64,000 bases of DNA from Deltaproteobacteria bacterium (GCA_028818775.1 JAPPNE010000052.1:66697-130696); one strand, 5' to 3'; positions 48,901 through 57,664 are shown, counted from the first letter of the stretch. Made by a program: numbers and translations. Notes: generated by a model from the letters alone, not told the origin.

Positions 48901-49896
48901 GAGTTTGGCCCACCGTTCAAGCGCATCGCGCAGCACGGAATGGTCTCCATTTCGAGCATCGTAGTGGATCGGGGTGATGCCCCGTGCCTTCCAGTCTTGC
49001 AATTCCACGGGGTCCCCAGAGCCAACGAAGGTAAACCGTTCTTTCAAATCGCTGAATCGGGCTCCGTCGGCGGCGACGGCGTTCAGCAGGTAGCGCATCG
49101 GCGGATCGTTGGCGCTATAGCCCGCCAGGACGAGATGGAAGAGGCGTGCGGCGTCGTAGATGAGATCAGGGACAATCCTCCGACGCAGATAGTATTCCCC
49201 GAGGTCCTGGTCCGACAACACGAGATCCGAGAAGCGAGCCGGATTCCGGTCCAAGGCTCCGTGAATATGGAGCACTCCAGCGAACTCCTTGCGCGTCGTG
49301 GGTCTCGGGATCGATCCCAACGCATAGGTTTGCACTGGGGAACCAAGGCGCTTGGCAGCGGCTTCGAGCAAGAGGTCAAAGTTGGTGGTCATGATCGTCG
49401 TGACGCCGCCGCGGTCGGCTAGGCGCATGAGCGCCCGATGTATTGGCGCCGGTTTGTCGCTTGCTTGGCGCAGCAGTTCCGCTACGGTGCTTCTGACCTT
49501 GCTCGTGATCTTGTTCTTTTCATGAGTTTGATCGTCCAGCCGGCGTTCAAGCATTCCCAAGACCACGTCGTACTCGCCGGCAACGAACCGCTTGACCTCT
49601 GCCTTTTGGTTATTCCTGAGCTTCGACCAACCCGGTTCTGTAGTGTCAAGTGCGCGGTTAGGAGTCTTCGGAAGGATTTCGTAGACGCTTGCATCAAGCC
49701 TTTCATAGACGTCGCGTACCAGTTCTCGGAAGTCAGGCAGCCCCGCAGGACGTGAGATACCCGCACCGCAGATGAAGAGTACTTCGCCCCGCGCATGTGC
49801 CAGAAGCAAGCGTTCCGGAATCTCCGGGAGGCCTGGGCTGAGCGAAACGGCGCGGTAAGCGTCGTCACCGTGATCGGAATGAGGTAAATTGCTCAT
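45955..49896 (-). CDS. Large (1313 aa) SIR2_2-domain protein, defence-associated sirtuin (DSR)-like
   Basis: The N-terminal ~330 aa carry SIR2_2/DHS-like motifs (LFICGAGISRPAGLPDF; VTTIMTTNFDLLLE; VLHIHGAL). These are followed by ~1000 aa with no recognised catalytic motif (helical/repeat-like). GC is ~57%. Confidence 0.65.
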   Translation of the reverse strand: MSNLPHSDHGDDAYRAVSLSPGLPEIPERLLLAHARGEVLFICGAGISRPAGLPDFRELVRDVYERLDASVYEILPKTPNRALDTTEPGWSKLRNNQKAEVKRFVAGEYDVVLGMLERRLDDQTHEKNKITSKVRSTVAELLRQASDKPAPIHRALMRLADRGGVTTIMTTNFDLLLEAAAKRLGSPVQTYALGSIPRPTTRKEFAGVLHIHGALDRNPARFSDLVLSDQDLGEYYLRRRIVPDLIYDAARLFHLVLAGYSANDPPMRYLLNAVAADGARFSDLKERFTFVGSGDPVELQDWKARGITPIHYDARNGDHSVLRDALERWAKLSAINGKTKTVDVEVRRIVRESRAATPKADRDLFDHLFRRGHANERIRLAGVASGAKAEPGWLDSIIETTPGKKFGPATAIHSWAGLSETDRHHAQVMTTFLKNRLAEPATIDWALKESNWSTKRIAIDELLNDYGSPELKEPYATAWRLIEESWSNRPIRDHPAMAFVTIRDRLGKGERSGALISAIVDLFAPRLEVKAIEERPRHPKIFEDLLSANLTSVNLGNLNDYGDLHIGTVSEIQFLKELADGLASSVQYGLNVINRIYKTDEGREVPWESPHRVYFVRPHGKGRDVEEAFGHEGGEPDLFNDGIAPSVKLLHEIVIRISELDQQAATPFFPGWQLSRSGVHRRLWAAIARDPQLVSADDVGDFLVTLSDYELWGLDEFPEITELRARRVKELRRDVQETIVQRLCKGPPHKLKTRRRYCAAREVKRVEVAGGIIAPKTRRWLLKRIKELPQLEDMRVDGGFFDAQAHPVPRLSADTPYDLLEGEARLRALNEELSHDGVHWIDNSAKAWLQRAGSAVLLLSDLESFTRAGEEFPRLWDCFLSLHSPSPPTPSLEPPPQPQDEANRILYLLRNLSETNLTEAIWGISHWLFSWSRYVIRSEHGLPVWLQAWPIAVERTNAVANDRDHILTNSSGDQQESLDIDTLNTPAGQFIEVFLAACQAVGKDARPFSDGSPARQMRDRIISASDHSGLVAHCRLAERLPFFQNADPDWTKQYLVDPLLADDFQSIALWRKAARRSGKPLLEIIGDKVIERATDHRLGREARESLVSCLVIEVLTAFRDERRPLVAEPRVSQMLRSADDETRLFAACAIRYFQEEGPPQEGEIRSVEKLFHVAVKPFFRSVWPQESDLTTRDTSRELSHIPAASGEAFAEAVDEMKRFLVPFDCWSTLEYGLYGEVGTGSEAVSKLQLAVNDERKAAALLTLLDLTIGEEQDAIVPYDLSNALDRVKTLAPGLADCPAFRRLSTAARRNEQA

Positions 49897-49926
49897 GACG
49901 GTTCAAGTGTAGCAGAGTAACCGCCC

Positions 49927-49970
49927 GTCAGCATGGCGGCAAGATGAGGTCAGCATGGCGGCAAGATGAG
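49927..49970. repeat. Perfect 22-bp tandem duplication (GTCAGCATGGCGGCAAGATGAG x2) in the divergent SIR2/mod intergenic region
   Basis: Read directly: 49927-49948 equals 49949-49970. Each unit contains the mini-ORF ATG GCG GCA AGA TGA. Confidence 0.9.
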
Positions 49971-50040
49971 GGTGGTAGGCCAAAGATGTTTGACGGCGGC
50001 AACGGTCGCGGCTTAACTTGAGGAAAGGAGAAATTCAGAG

Positions 50041-52797
50041 GTGGCAGGAAAGAAGAATACGGTGGGCCGAAAAGGAAAGACGCGCAGCGCCAGGAGTTAC
50101 GGGCATCCTGAGGCGGGTGCGCTACTCCGGCCGGACATCGGGATGCAGGCGCAGTTCCGCAAGAAGAAGCCGCTGGCCACCTACCGTTACGACACCTCGC
50201 TGTCTCCAGCCCTCGAATGGGACGGACAGAATTCCGGTCGGGAAGAGGGAGAAGCGAAAATCGCTTCGTTGGAGGACCGCATAGCGAGGCTGTCCGCGAT
50301 CGTCGATCCCGTCAACGGGGATCTCTCCGAAAGGGATGTCGCAAGGGCCAAGGAGGAGCTTGCCGCCGCCCGGGAAGACGCCACCGCGCTGAAGACGCTT
50401 TCCAAGCCCTTTCTCAACTGGGCTGGAAAGGCCGAACGGCTCTCCTTTGACGTGCCGACTCTGCCGTTGTTTGTGCACGAGCGTCTGTCCACGTCCGCGA
50501 TCCTGGAGACGTTGAAAGGGCATACCCGAGACCGTCAAGTGAACATGTTCGATCTGTTCGGGGAGAGCGATCTCCCGATCCACGATCGGCTGCTGAGGGC
50601 GTACGAGCATCAGAACGGGTGGGTGAACCGGCTGATCCTTGGCGACTCGCTGGTGGTGATGAACTCCTTACTCGGGTACGAGGGCGTGGGCGGTCAAGTG
50701 CAGACCATCTACATGGATCCGCCCTACGCCGTGAAGTTCGGGTCCAACTTTCAGCCCTTCGTGCGCAAGCGCGACGTCACCCATGGCGACGACGAGCACA
50801 TGGTGCGGGAGCCGGAGATGGTCCAGGCGTACCGGGACACCTGGGAACTCGGCCTGCATTCCTTCCTGACCTACCTGAGGGACCGGTTGCTGCTGGCGCG
50901 GGAGCTGCTCCATCCGTCCGGGAGCATCTTCGTCCAGATGTCCGATACCAATCTGCACCATGTCCGCGAGGTAATGGACGAGGTGTTCGGCGCGGAGTGC
51001 TTTGTCTCGCAGATCAGTTTCCAGACGACATCGGGATTTCAGACGAAGACGCTTGCGACCCTTGGTGATTTTATTCTGTGGTACGCGCGGGATCCGGAGA
51101 GGCTCAAGGTAAGGAAGTTGTTCGAGGAACAGCCCGTCGTGCTTGGTGAAGGCAACGCAAGATGGGTGCTTCTCCCGGACGGAAGCTACCGAGGAGTGAC
51201 CGCGGCCGAGAGGCGTGGAGAAGCGGCCGTACCAACAGAAAGCCGTCTTTATAGCCCGAGCGGAATGGAATCTCCTGGTTCACCGAGTCAACCGCAGCCG
51301 TTCGACTTCCAGGGTCGGAAGTTCGAACCGAATCACAATCGTCATTGGGCGGCCAATTATCCGATCGGTCTCGAACGCCTCGCTAGGGCAGGAAGAATAC
51401 ATGTTGCCGCCAATAGCTTGAGGTATCGCCGCTTCCCTTCAGATTTCCCATATAAGACCTTGGGCAATATTTGGACAGACACCATGACAGGAAGTTTCAC
51501 GGAGACGAAGTCCTACGTGGTGCAGACCAACCCCAAGGTAATCGAACGGTGCCTGCTGATGACATCCGACCCTGGCGATCTGGTATTCGATCCTACCTGC
51601 GGCTCGGGGACCACCGCGTATTGCGCGGAGAAGTGGGGGCGGCGTTGGATCACCACCGACACGTCGCGGGTGCCGCTTGCGCTCGCGCGCCAGCGCCTGC
51701 TCACCAGCACCTTCGAATTCTACCAGCTCAAGGAGCTGGGAAGGGGTCCGGCAGGAGGCTTCGAATATCGGCGCAGACAGAACGCCAAAGGAGAAGAAGT
51801 CGGCGGCATCGTGCCACACATCACCCTTGAATCCATCGCCAACGACGAGCCGGCAAAGGAGGAAGTGCTTGTTGACCGGCCGGAGACGGACGCTGGCGTC
51901 ACCCGCGTGAGCGGTCCGTTCTGTGTCGAGGCGACCATTCCGACGCCGGTTGATTGGGAAGGAGATGGTAAGGAAGACTCGGGCGATGCCTCCGCCGCCA
52001 AGGCTTATGCGAGTCACGTGAATCGCATGATCGCGGTGTTGCAGCATTCGCCGGTGCTCCGTCTCGGCGGCGGTCAGACCGTAACCCTTTCCAAGGTGCG
52101 TCTGCCCGCGCGGACCATGAGCTTGTCGGCCGAGGCCTCGGTCGAAGGCTATGGAGAGCAGACGGCTGCCATCGTCTTCGGTCCGGAGAACGGCGCAGTC
52201 TCGGAGTTGCTGGTGTTCGAGGCGGCGCGTGAGGCATATGCCAAGGGGTACGGCCACCTCTATGTCATCGGCTTCGCCATACAGCCTGATGCGCGGCGCC
52301 TGATTGAGGGTTGCGAGCAGACGGTCGGCGTACCCGCGACTTATGTGCAGGCGAGCATGGATTTGTTGATGGGAAATCTGCTCAAGAACCTGCGGTCGAG
52401 TCAAATCTTCTCAGTATGCGGTCTCCCGGACGTGCGGATCAGAAAATCTGCCAAGCAAGGCTATCAGGTCGAGCTTCGTGGTCTCGACGTGTTCGATCCG
52501 GTCGCGATGGACTCGGATCATCGGCAGGGGAGTGATGTCCCGGCGTGGTTCCTCGACACGGATTACAATGGACTCTGCTTCCACGTGTGCCAGGCGTTCT
52601 TCCCACGGACTTCGGCATGGGAAGGTCTCAAGCGTTCACTCCAAGGCGAGTTCGAGGACACCGTGTGGGCGCATCTGTCGGGGACTGTCAGCACTCCGTT
52701 CCAGGCTGGCGAGCACGGGCAGGTGGCAGTGAAAGTGGTCGATGATCGCGGAAACGAACTGATGGTCGTCAAGCCACTCTCGGAGGCGGATGGGTGA
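50041..52797 (+). CDS. mod: Type III R-M-type (beta-class) N6-adenine DNA methyltransferase Mod, unusually long (918 aa)
   Basis: Motif IV MDPPYA (aa ~224) precedes motif I FDPTCGSGTTAYCAEKWGRRWITTD (aa ~505), which is the beta-class order. An N-terminal coiled-coil-like segment and a ~350-aa C-terminal extension are present. GTG start with an AGGAG RBS. Confidence 0.75.
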   Translation: MAGKKNTVGRKGKTRSARSYGHPEAGALLRPDIGMQAQFRKKKPLATYRYDTSLSPALEWDGQNSGREEGEAKIASLEDRIARLSAIVDPVNGDLSERDVARAKEELAAAREDATALKTLSKPFLNWAGKAERLSFDVPTLPLFVHERLSTSAILETLKGHTRDRQVNMFDLFGESDLPIHDRLLRAYEHQNGWVNRLILGDSLVVMNSLLGYEGVGGQVQTIYMDPPYAVKFGSNFQPFVRKRDVTHGDDEHMVREPEMVQAYRDTWELGLHSFLTYLRDRLLLARELLHPSGSIFVQMSDTNLHHVREVMDEVFGAECFVSQISFQTTSGFQTKTLATLGDFILWYARDPERLKVRKLFEEQPVVLGEGNARWVLLPDGSYRGVTAAERRGEAAVPTESRLYSPSGMESPGSPSQPQPFDFQGRKFEPNHNRHWAANYPIGLERLARAGRIHVAANSLRYRRFPSDFPYKTLGNIWTDTMTGSFTETKSYVVQTNPKVIERCLLMTSDPGDLVFDPTCGSGTTAYCAEKWGRRWITTDTSRVPLALARQRLLTSTFEFYQLKELGRGPAGGFEYRRRQNAKGEEVGGIVPHITLESIANDEPAKEEVLVDRPETDAGVTRVSGPFCVEATIPTPVDWEGDGKEDSGDASAAKAYASHVNRMIAVLQHSPVLRLGGGQTVTLSKVRLPARTMSLSAEASVEGYGEQTAAIVFGPENGAVSELLVFEAAREAYAKGYGHLYVIGFAIQPDARRLIEGCEQTVGVPATYVQASMDLLMGNLLKNLRSSQIFSVCGLPDVRIRKSAKQGYQVELRGLDVFDPVAMDSDHRQGSDVPAWFLDTDYNGLCFHVCQAFFPRTSAWEGLKRSLQGEFEDTVWAHLSGTVSTPFQAGEHGQVAVKVVDDRGNELMVVKPLSEADG

Positions 52798-54443
52798 TCC
52801 GCACGGTTCGCATCCGGGGCTTCAAGCGTTTCGATGATGTGGAGTTCCGTCTGCCGGGGCACATGGTCCTGGCCGGTCCCAACAATACCGGGAAAACGAC
52901 GGTGCTTCAGGCTATCGCTTCATGGTCCCTTGCCTTGCGGCGGTGGCGTGAGCTCAACGACTTCAATCCTCGACAGGGTTATACGCGTGCGCCTATCGCG
53001 AGGCAGGCGTTTGCGGCGGTTCCTCTTCGGAGTTTCGATCTGATGTGGAAAGACCGCGAATATTGGGATCAGATCGAGATCGAGATCCGGCATGACGCCG
53101 GCTGGTCCGTGACGATGGAGCTTATCGCGGACAGCACTGAGCAGATCTATGTCCGCCCCAAGGTGGATGTGCCGGCTGATACGCTGCGCAAACTGGACCT
53201 TGGCGTGGTCTACGTACCTCCGATGACCGGATTGGAGACAAACGAACGGCTATTTCAGCCTGCTGCCATCGAGCAGATCCTCGGCCTCAGCCGTCCCGGC
53301 GAAGTGTTGCGCAATCTGCTGGTCGTCGCGAGCCTCGATGATGCCGCTTGGGCTGCAATTCAAGACTCTATAGGGAAGCTCTTCGGCTATGAGCTGCTAG
53401 TCCCTGACGCCAGTGGGCCGTATATCCGGGCCGAGTACAGAATGACGAAAGGGGGGCAGCCCCTTGATATCGCCAGCGCGGGTAGCGGGTTTCAACAGGT
53501 GCTGATGCTGCTCACGTTTCTCAATACGAGGGAGGGTTCGGTTCTCCTTCTCGACGAGCCCGATGCGCATCTTCACCTGATCCTGCAGGACGCCATCTAC
53601 TACGAGCTTCGCACCGTTGCCGCCCGTCATAGATCCCAGCTCGTCATTGCGACACACTCCGAGGTGATAATCAATTCGGTCGAGCCTCGCGAGCTATGTG
53701 TCACACTCAACGAGCCCCGGATGGTTGCCGACAATGAGGAGCGCAGCCGACTGATTAAATCACTTGGTGTACTCAGTAACGCAGATGTGATGCAGGCGTT
53801 TGAGGTCCGCGGTGTGCTGTACGTCGAAGACTACACGGACATCAACATCCTGCGGACCTGGGCCACGAACCTGAAACACAAGGCCGAATCCCTGCTCACT
53901 ACCGAGTTGATGTGGAAGCCGGTGGTTTTCCAGGCGCAGGAAGGGCGGCCAGGGATCAAGGCGCGAGACCATTTCGACGCGCTACGACTCGTGCGGGACG
54001 AATTACCTGGTCTGGAACTGCTCGACGGTGACGCTCACCCCGCGGTACCGGAGACAGAAATCACCCGGACGGGCTTGCAGCGGCTTCGCTGGCGACGTTA
54101 CGAGATTGAGAGTTATCTTGTTCACCCGCATGCGCTGGCCCGCTTCGTCGAGGCAGAAGTCGGAGTCGGCTCCGCTGAGCTGCATGTCCAGGACATGCTC
54201 ACCTACTGGCGCAACGAATTTCCTCCGGCGGTAATGGATGACCCGCTGGGAGAGCACGAGTTCCTGAACGCAACGAAAGCGCGCTTGCGACTGCTTCCCC
54301 CTTTGCTGGACGCCGCGGGACTCCACGGGCTACCACACACTCGCTATCATGAGATCGCGGCGCTGATGCTCCCGGAGGAGATTCATCCAGAAGTGGTCGA
54401 GAAACTCGACGCCATTTGCCGTGCTTTCGGGGTCGAGCCATGA
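52794..54443 (+). CDS. OLD/AAA_21-family ABC-type ATPase with a C-terminal TOPRIM/DUF4435-like region (Gabija GajA / PARIS AriAB / class-2 OLD-like)
   Basis: GTG 52794 overlaps the mod TGA (GTGA), and the stop overlaps the res ATG (ATGA). Walker A GPNNTGKTT, signature-like ASAGSGFQQVL, Walker B LLLDEPDAHLH and ATHSE are present. The C-terminal region has GVLYVEDYTDINIL (E…DxD-like). Confidence 0.6.
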   Translation: MIRTVRIRGFKRFDDVEFRLPGHMVLAGPNNTGKTTVLQAIASWSLALRRWRELNDFNPRQGYTRAPIARQAFAAVPLRSFDLMWKDREYWDQIEIEIRHDAGWSVTMELIADSTEQIYVRPKVDVPADTLRKLDLGVVYVPPMTGLETNERLFQPAAIEQILGLSRPGEVLRNLLVVASLDDAAWAAIQDSIGKLFGYELLVPDASGPYIRAEYRMTKGGQPLDIASAGSGFQQVLMLLTFLNTREGSVLLLDEPDAHLHLILQDAIYYELRTVAARHRSQLVIATHSEVIINSVEPRELCVTLNEPRMVADNEERSRLIKSLGVLSNADVMQAFEVRGVLYVEDYTDINILRTWATNLKHKAESLLTTELMWKPVVFQAQEGRPGIKARDHFDALRLVRDELPGLELLDGDAHPAVPETEITRTGLQRLRWRRYEIESYLVHPHALARFVEAEVGVGSAELHVQDMLTYWRNEFPPAVMDDPLGEHEFLNATKARLRLLPPLLDAAGLHGLPHTRYHEIAALMLPEEIHPEVVEKLDAICRAFGVEP

Positions 54444-57400
54444 ACCCGCACGAAGTTTCCGAGCCAATCCTGAACGCACCCTTCGATGAACCCAGGGAGC
54501 ACTGGTGGATTACGGAGCACGATCCGCCGGAGCGGCGTCCGGGCCGGCGTCCAGCCATGTATTTTTACCGCCGCCCGGGCAGCGAGCCGTCGTTGGAGCA
54601 GCAGGGAACCGGCACTGCCATTGAGTTGAAGCTGGTGAACCGAGTCCGTGCCAAGCTTGCCGAATGGCGGCCCTTGGCGCTGCGCGGCGAAGGCGGCGTG
54701 ACCCGAACCACCGTAGAGTTGTTGCGTTACTGGCGGCAGGAAGGACGGAGACACCGGTTGTTCTTTGCCCAGATCGAGGCCGCCGAGACGATCATTTTCC
54801 TTACCGAGGCCCGCCCTGATTTCCTGCAGGGGATCCGTGTCCCGCTCGACGAACCGGGCGAGGAGGCCCGGGCGGACGGGTTCCGAGCCTTTCGTCGCTA
54901 CGCTTGCAAGATGGCTACGGGCACGGGAAAGACGACCGTCATGGGAATGCTCGCTGCTTGGAGCATTCTCAACAAGGTCGCAGCCCGTGGGGACGCTCGT
55001 TTTTCGGACGTGGTGTTGATCGTGTGTCCCAACGTCACGATCCGAAACCGGCTTGAGGAACTCAAGCCGCAAGCCGGTGAGGCCAGCCTTTACCGCACGC
55101 GTGACCTCGTCCCGTCACACCTCATGCCGCAGCTCGCACGTGGACACGTGCTTGTCACCAACTGGCACGTGTTTGAGCCGAAGACCGCGCAGGTCGCCGG
55201 CCAGTCGGCAAAGGTCCTCCGCGCCGGACGCGAGATCCGCACGAGGGAGACCATACGTATTGGCCCCAAGACAACCACGGCGCGCGGCATCCGTTACCTG
55301 ACTTTGGCCGATCTCGAACGGCAGGCGGCCGCTGGCCTGATTGCCGTTCGTGATGAACAGCGGGACCGGCAAGGCAATCTCAAGTCGGTTTCCGTGGAAT
55401 CGTTCCGGTACGTCGAGAGTGATGCCAAGCTCATCGACCGCGTTCTCGGGCGAGAAATCGGAGGCAAGGGCAACATTCTGGTCATGAACGACGAAGCACA
55501 TCACGCGTATCGGCTCAGGCGTGTTGAGCCAGAAGAGGGCGAGGAGGATCTGTTCGGCGAAACCGATGACAGCGAGGAGTTTTATAGGGAAGCGACGGTA
55601 TGGGTCGACGGGCTTGACCGTGTCCACAAGCATCGCGGTATCAACCTGTGTGTAGACCTCTCTGCCACCCCCTACTACCTGGGCCGGGTCGGACAGGACG
55701 CCAACCGGCCGTTTCCGTGGGTTGTCAGTGATTTCGGACTTGTCGACGCCATCGAGTCGGGACTCGTCAAGATTCCGCAGCTTGCGGTTCGGGACACAAC
55801 CGGCAGCCACATCCCTGGCTACTTCAACATCTGGCGCTGGATCCTGCCGAGATTGACCCCTGCGGAGCGCGGCGGCCGGCGGGGAAGCGTGAAGCCCGAA
55901 GCGGTCCTCAAGTATGCGCATGTTCCAGTCGCCATGTTAGGTGGACTGTGGGAGTTGCTACGCGAGGAGTGGAGCAAACGGGATGGTGAAAGCCGGCCGC
56001 CCGTATTCATCATCGTGTGCAAGAACACCGCGCTCGCCAAGGTCATTTACCAGTGGCTCGCCGAGGACAAGGCGCCGGTGGGGATTCCGCCCGCGCGTCT
56101 TGAAGGTCTGCGGAACACGGACGGGAACCTTTGCACCATACGTGTGGACTCCAAGGTTGTGCGCGAGTCCGACAGCGGACAGACGAGGTCCGATGCGGAC
56201 CAATGGATGCGCGTGACGCTGGATACAGTCGGTAAGACTGACTGGCCGCGGGACGGACAGAGACGGCCCATCTACCCTGAAGGCTTCGAGACGCTGGCCA
56301 ACAAACTCGAACGACCACTTCATCCACCTGGCCGTGACGTAAGGTGCATTGTGAGCGTCGGAATGCTCACCGAGGGTTGGGACTGCAACACCGTGACCCA
56401 TATCGTCGGACTTCGCCCGTTCATGTCGCAGTTGCTTTGTGAACAGGTGGTCGGGCGAGGGCTGCGGAGGTCCAGCTATGCCGTGGGGGAGGACGGGAAA
56501 CTCGGTGAGGAAGTCGCGAAGATCTTCGGTGTACCGTTCGAGATCGTGCCCCTGAAGGAGAATCCCCCGGACAACGGAGCGCCGCCACCTCCGAAGACTT
56601 GGCGAATACGGGCAGTGCCCGAGAAGGCAGCTCTGGAGATCCGGTTCCCCCGCGTCGAGGGTTACACGCAAGGGATCAGAAACCGCGTAAAGGTGGACTG
56701 GGAAAGCATCGCGCCTCTGCGTCTCGACCCCATGGACATCCCACCTGAAGTGGAGATGAAGGCAGGCCTTCCGAGCAACACCGGGCGGCCTTCGCTGGTG
56801 GGTCCTGGACAACTTGAACGCGTCGATCTCAACCCGTACCGCAACAATACACGGTTGCAGCAATTGGTGTTCGAGATGGCGCGGGATCTGACACGGGATT
56901 ATCGGGAGCAACCGGGTTGCGACGCGCCTCCTCACGTACTGTTTACACAACTCGCCACCATCGTGGATCGCTACATCAGGGAAAAGGTGGTCCCTGTCGA
57001 ACCGGCGCGAGACATCGATGCGTTCCTCTCCCCTTGGTACGGTTGGCTGGTGGAACGCCTTGTCGCCGCCGTCCGCCCGGACCATGGCAACGGAGACGAG
57101 GCAGAACTCCCGCGCTACGAGAGCGGCCGCGGTCCCGGATCTACAGCCGAGGTCGACTTCGAGACGCGGCGAGTGCCCTATCCCGTCGTCAAGAGTCACG
57201 TCAACGCGGTCGTGCCCGACACCGCGAAGTGGGAGCAGTCCGCCGCCTACCGTTTGGACACTCACGAACTCGTCCACTCGTTCGTCAAAAACGCTGGTCT
57301 CGGTTTCGCGATCCCCTACCTGCACAACGGCGAACAGCACGAATACCTGCCGGATTTTATCGTCCGGTTGACCAGAGACACCGCCCACTACCTGATTCTT

Positions 57401-57562
57401 GAAACCAAGGGCTATGACCCCATAGCCCAAGTCAAGTCACAAGCAGCCCACCGGTGGGTCAACGCTGTAAACGCAGACAGGCGATTCGGCACATGGAGCT
57501 ACGAGTTGGTGACGGACATGGGTAAGGTGGGCGAAGCCGTGAATCGGGCAGCCATGTCGTGA
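54440..57562 (+). CDS. res: Type III restriction enzyme Res subunit (SF2 helicase plus C-terminal PD-(D/E)xK nuclease)
   Basis: Walker A MATGTGKTT, DEAHH box and motif VI-like GMLTEGWDCNTVTHIVGLRP are present. The C-terminal nuclease motif is YLPDFIVRL…LILETKG. Length is 1048 aa. Confidence 0.75.
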   Translation: MNPHEVSEPILNAPFDEPREHWWITEHDPPERRPGRRPAMYFYRRPGSEPSLEQQGTGTAIELKLVNRVRAKLAEWRPLALRGEGGVTRTTVELLRYWRQEGRRHRLFFAQIEAAETIIFLTEARPDFLQGIRVPLDEPGEEARADGFRAFRRYACKMATGTGKTTVMGMLAAWSILNKVAARGDARFSDVVLIVCPNVTIRNRLEELKPQAGEASLYRTRDLVPSHLMPQLARGHVLVTNWHVFEPKTAQVAGQSAKVLRAGREIRTRETIRIGPKTTTARGIRYLTLADLERQAAAGLIAVRDEQRDRQGNLKSVSVESFRYVESDAKLIDRVLGREIGGKGNILVMNDEAHHAYRLRRVEPEEGEEDLFGETDDSEEFYREATVWVDGLDRVHKHRGINLCVDLSATPYYLGRVGQDANRPFPWVVSDFGLVDAIESGLVKIPQLAVRDTTGSHIPGYFNIWRWILPRLTPAERGGRRGSVKPEAVLKYAHVPVAMLGGLWELLREEWSKRDGESRPPVFIIVCKNTALAKVIYQWLAEDKAPVGIPPARLEGLRNTDGNLCTIRVDSKVVRESDSGQTRSDADQWMRVTLDTVGKTDWPRDGQRRPIYPEGFETLANKLERPLHPPGRDVRCIVSVGMLTEGWDCNTVTHIVGLRPFMSQLLCEQVVGRGLRRSSYAVGEDGKLGEEVAKIFGVPFEIVPLKENPPDNGAPPPPKTWRIRAVPEKAALEIRFPRVEGYTQGIRNRVKVDWESIAPLRLDPMDIPPEVEMKAGLPSNTGRPSLVGPGQLERVDLNPYRNNTRLQQLVFEMARDLTRDYREQPGCDAPPHVLFTQLATIVDRYIREKVVPVEPARDIDAFLSPWYGWLVERLVAAVRPDHGNGDEAELPRYESGRGPGSTAEVDFETRRVPYPVVKSHVNAVVPDTAKWEQSAAYRLDTHELVHSFVKNAGLGFAIPYLHNGEQHEYLPDFIVRLTRDTAHYLILETKGYDPIAQVKSQAAHRWVNAVNADRRFGTWSYELVTDMGKVGEAVNRAAMS

Positions 57563-57664
57563 GTGCGGTAGTCTCGGTGTGTTGGTCGGATTGCGGCTGA
57601 GTTGATGTGTATTTGAGTTGATAGGACGTGGCTCGTAACTGCCGCAAAAGACCTGAACCTCAAA

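Noticed and set aside
50041-57562. DISARM or Gabija as an explanation for mod-ATPase-res
   Set aside because: There are no DrmA/DrmB(DUF1998)/DrmC(PLD) genes and no UvrD-like GajB. The Res subunit has canonical Type III helicase-nuclease organisation.
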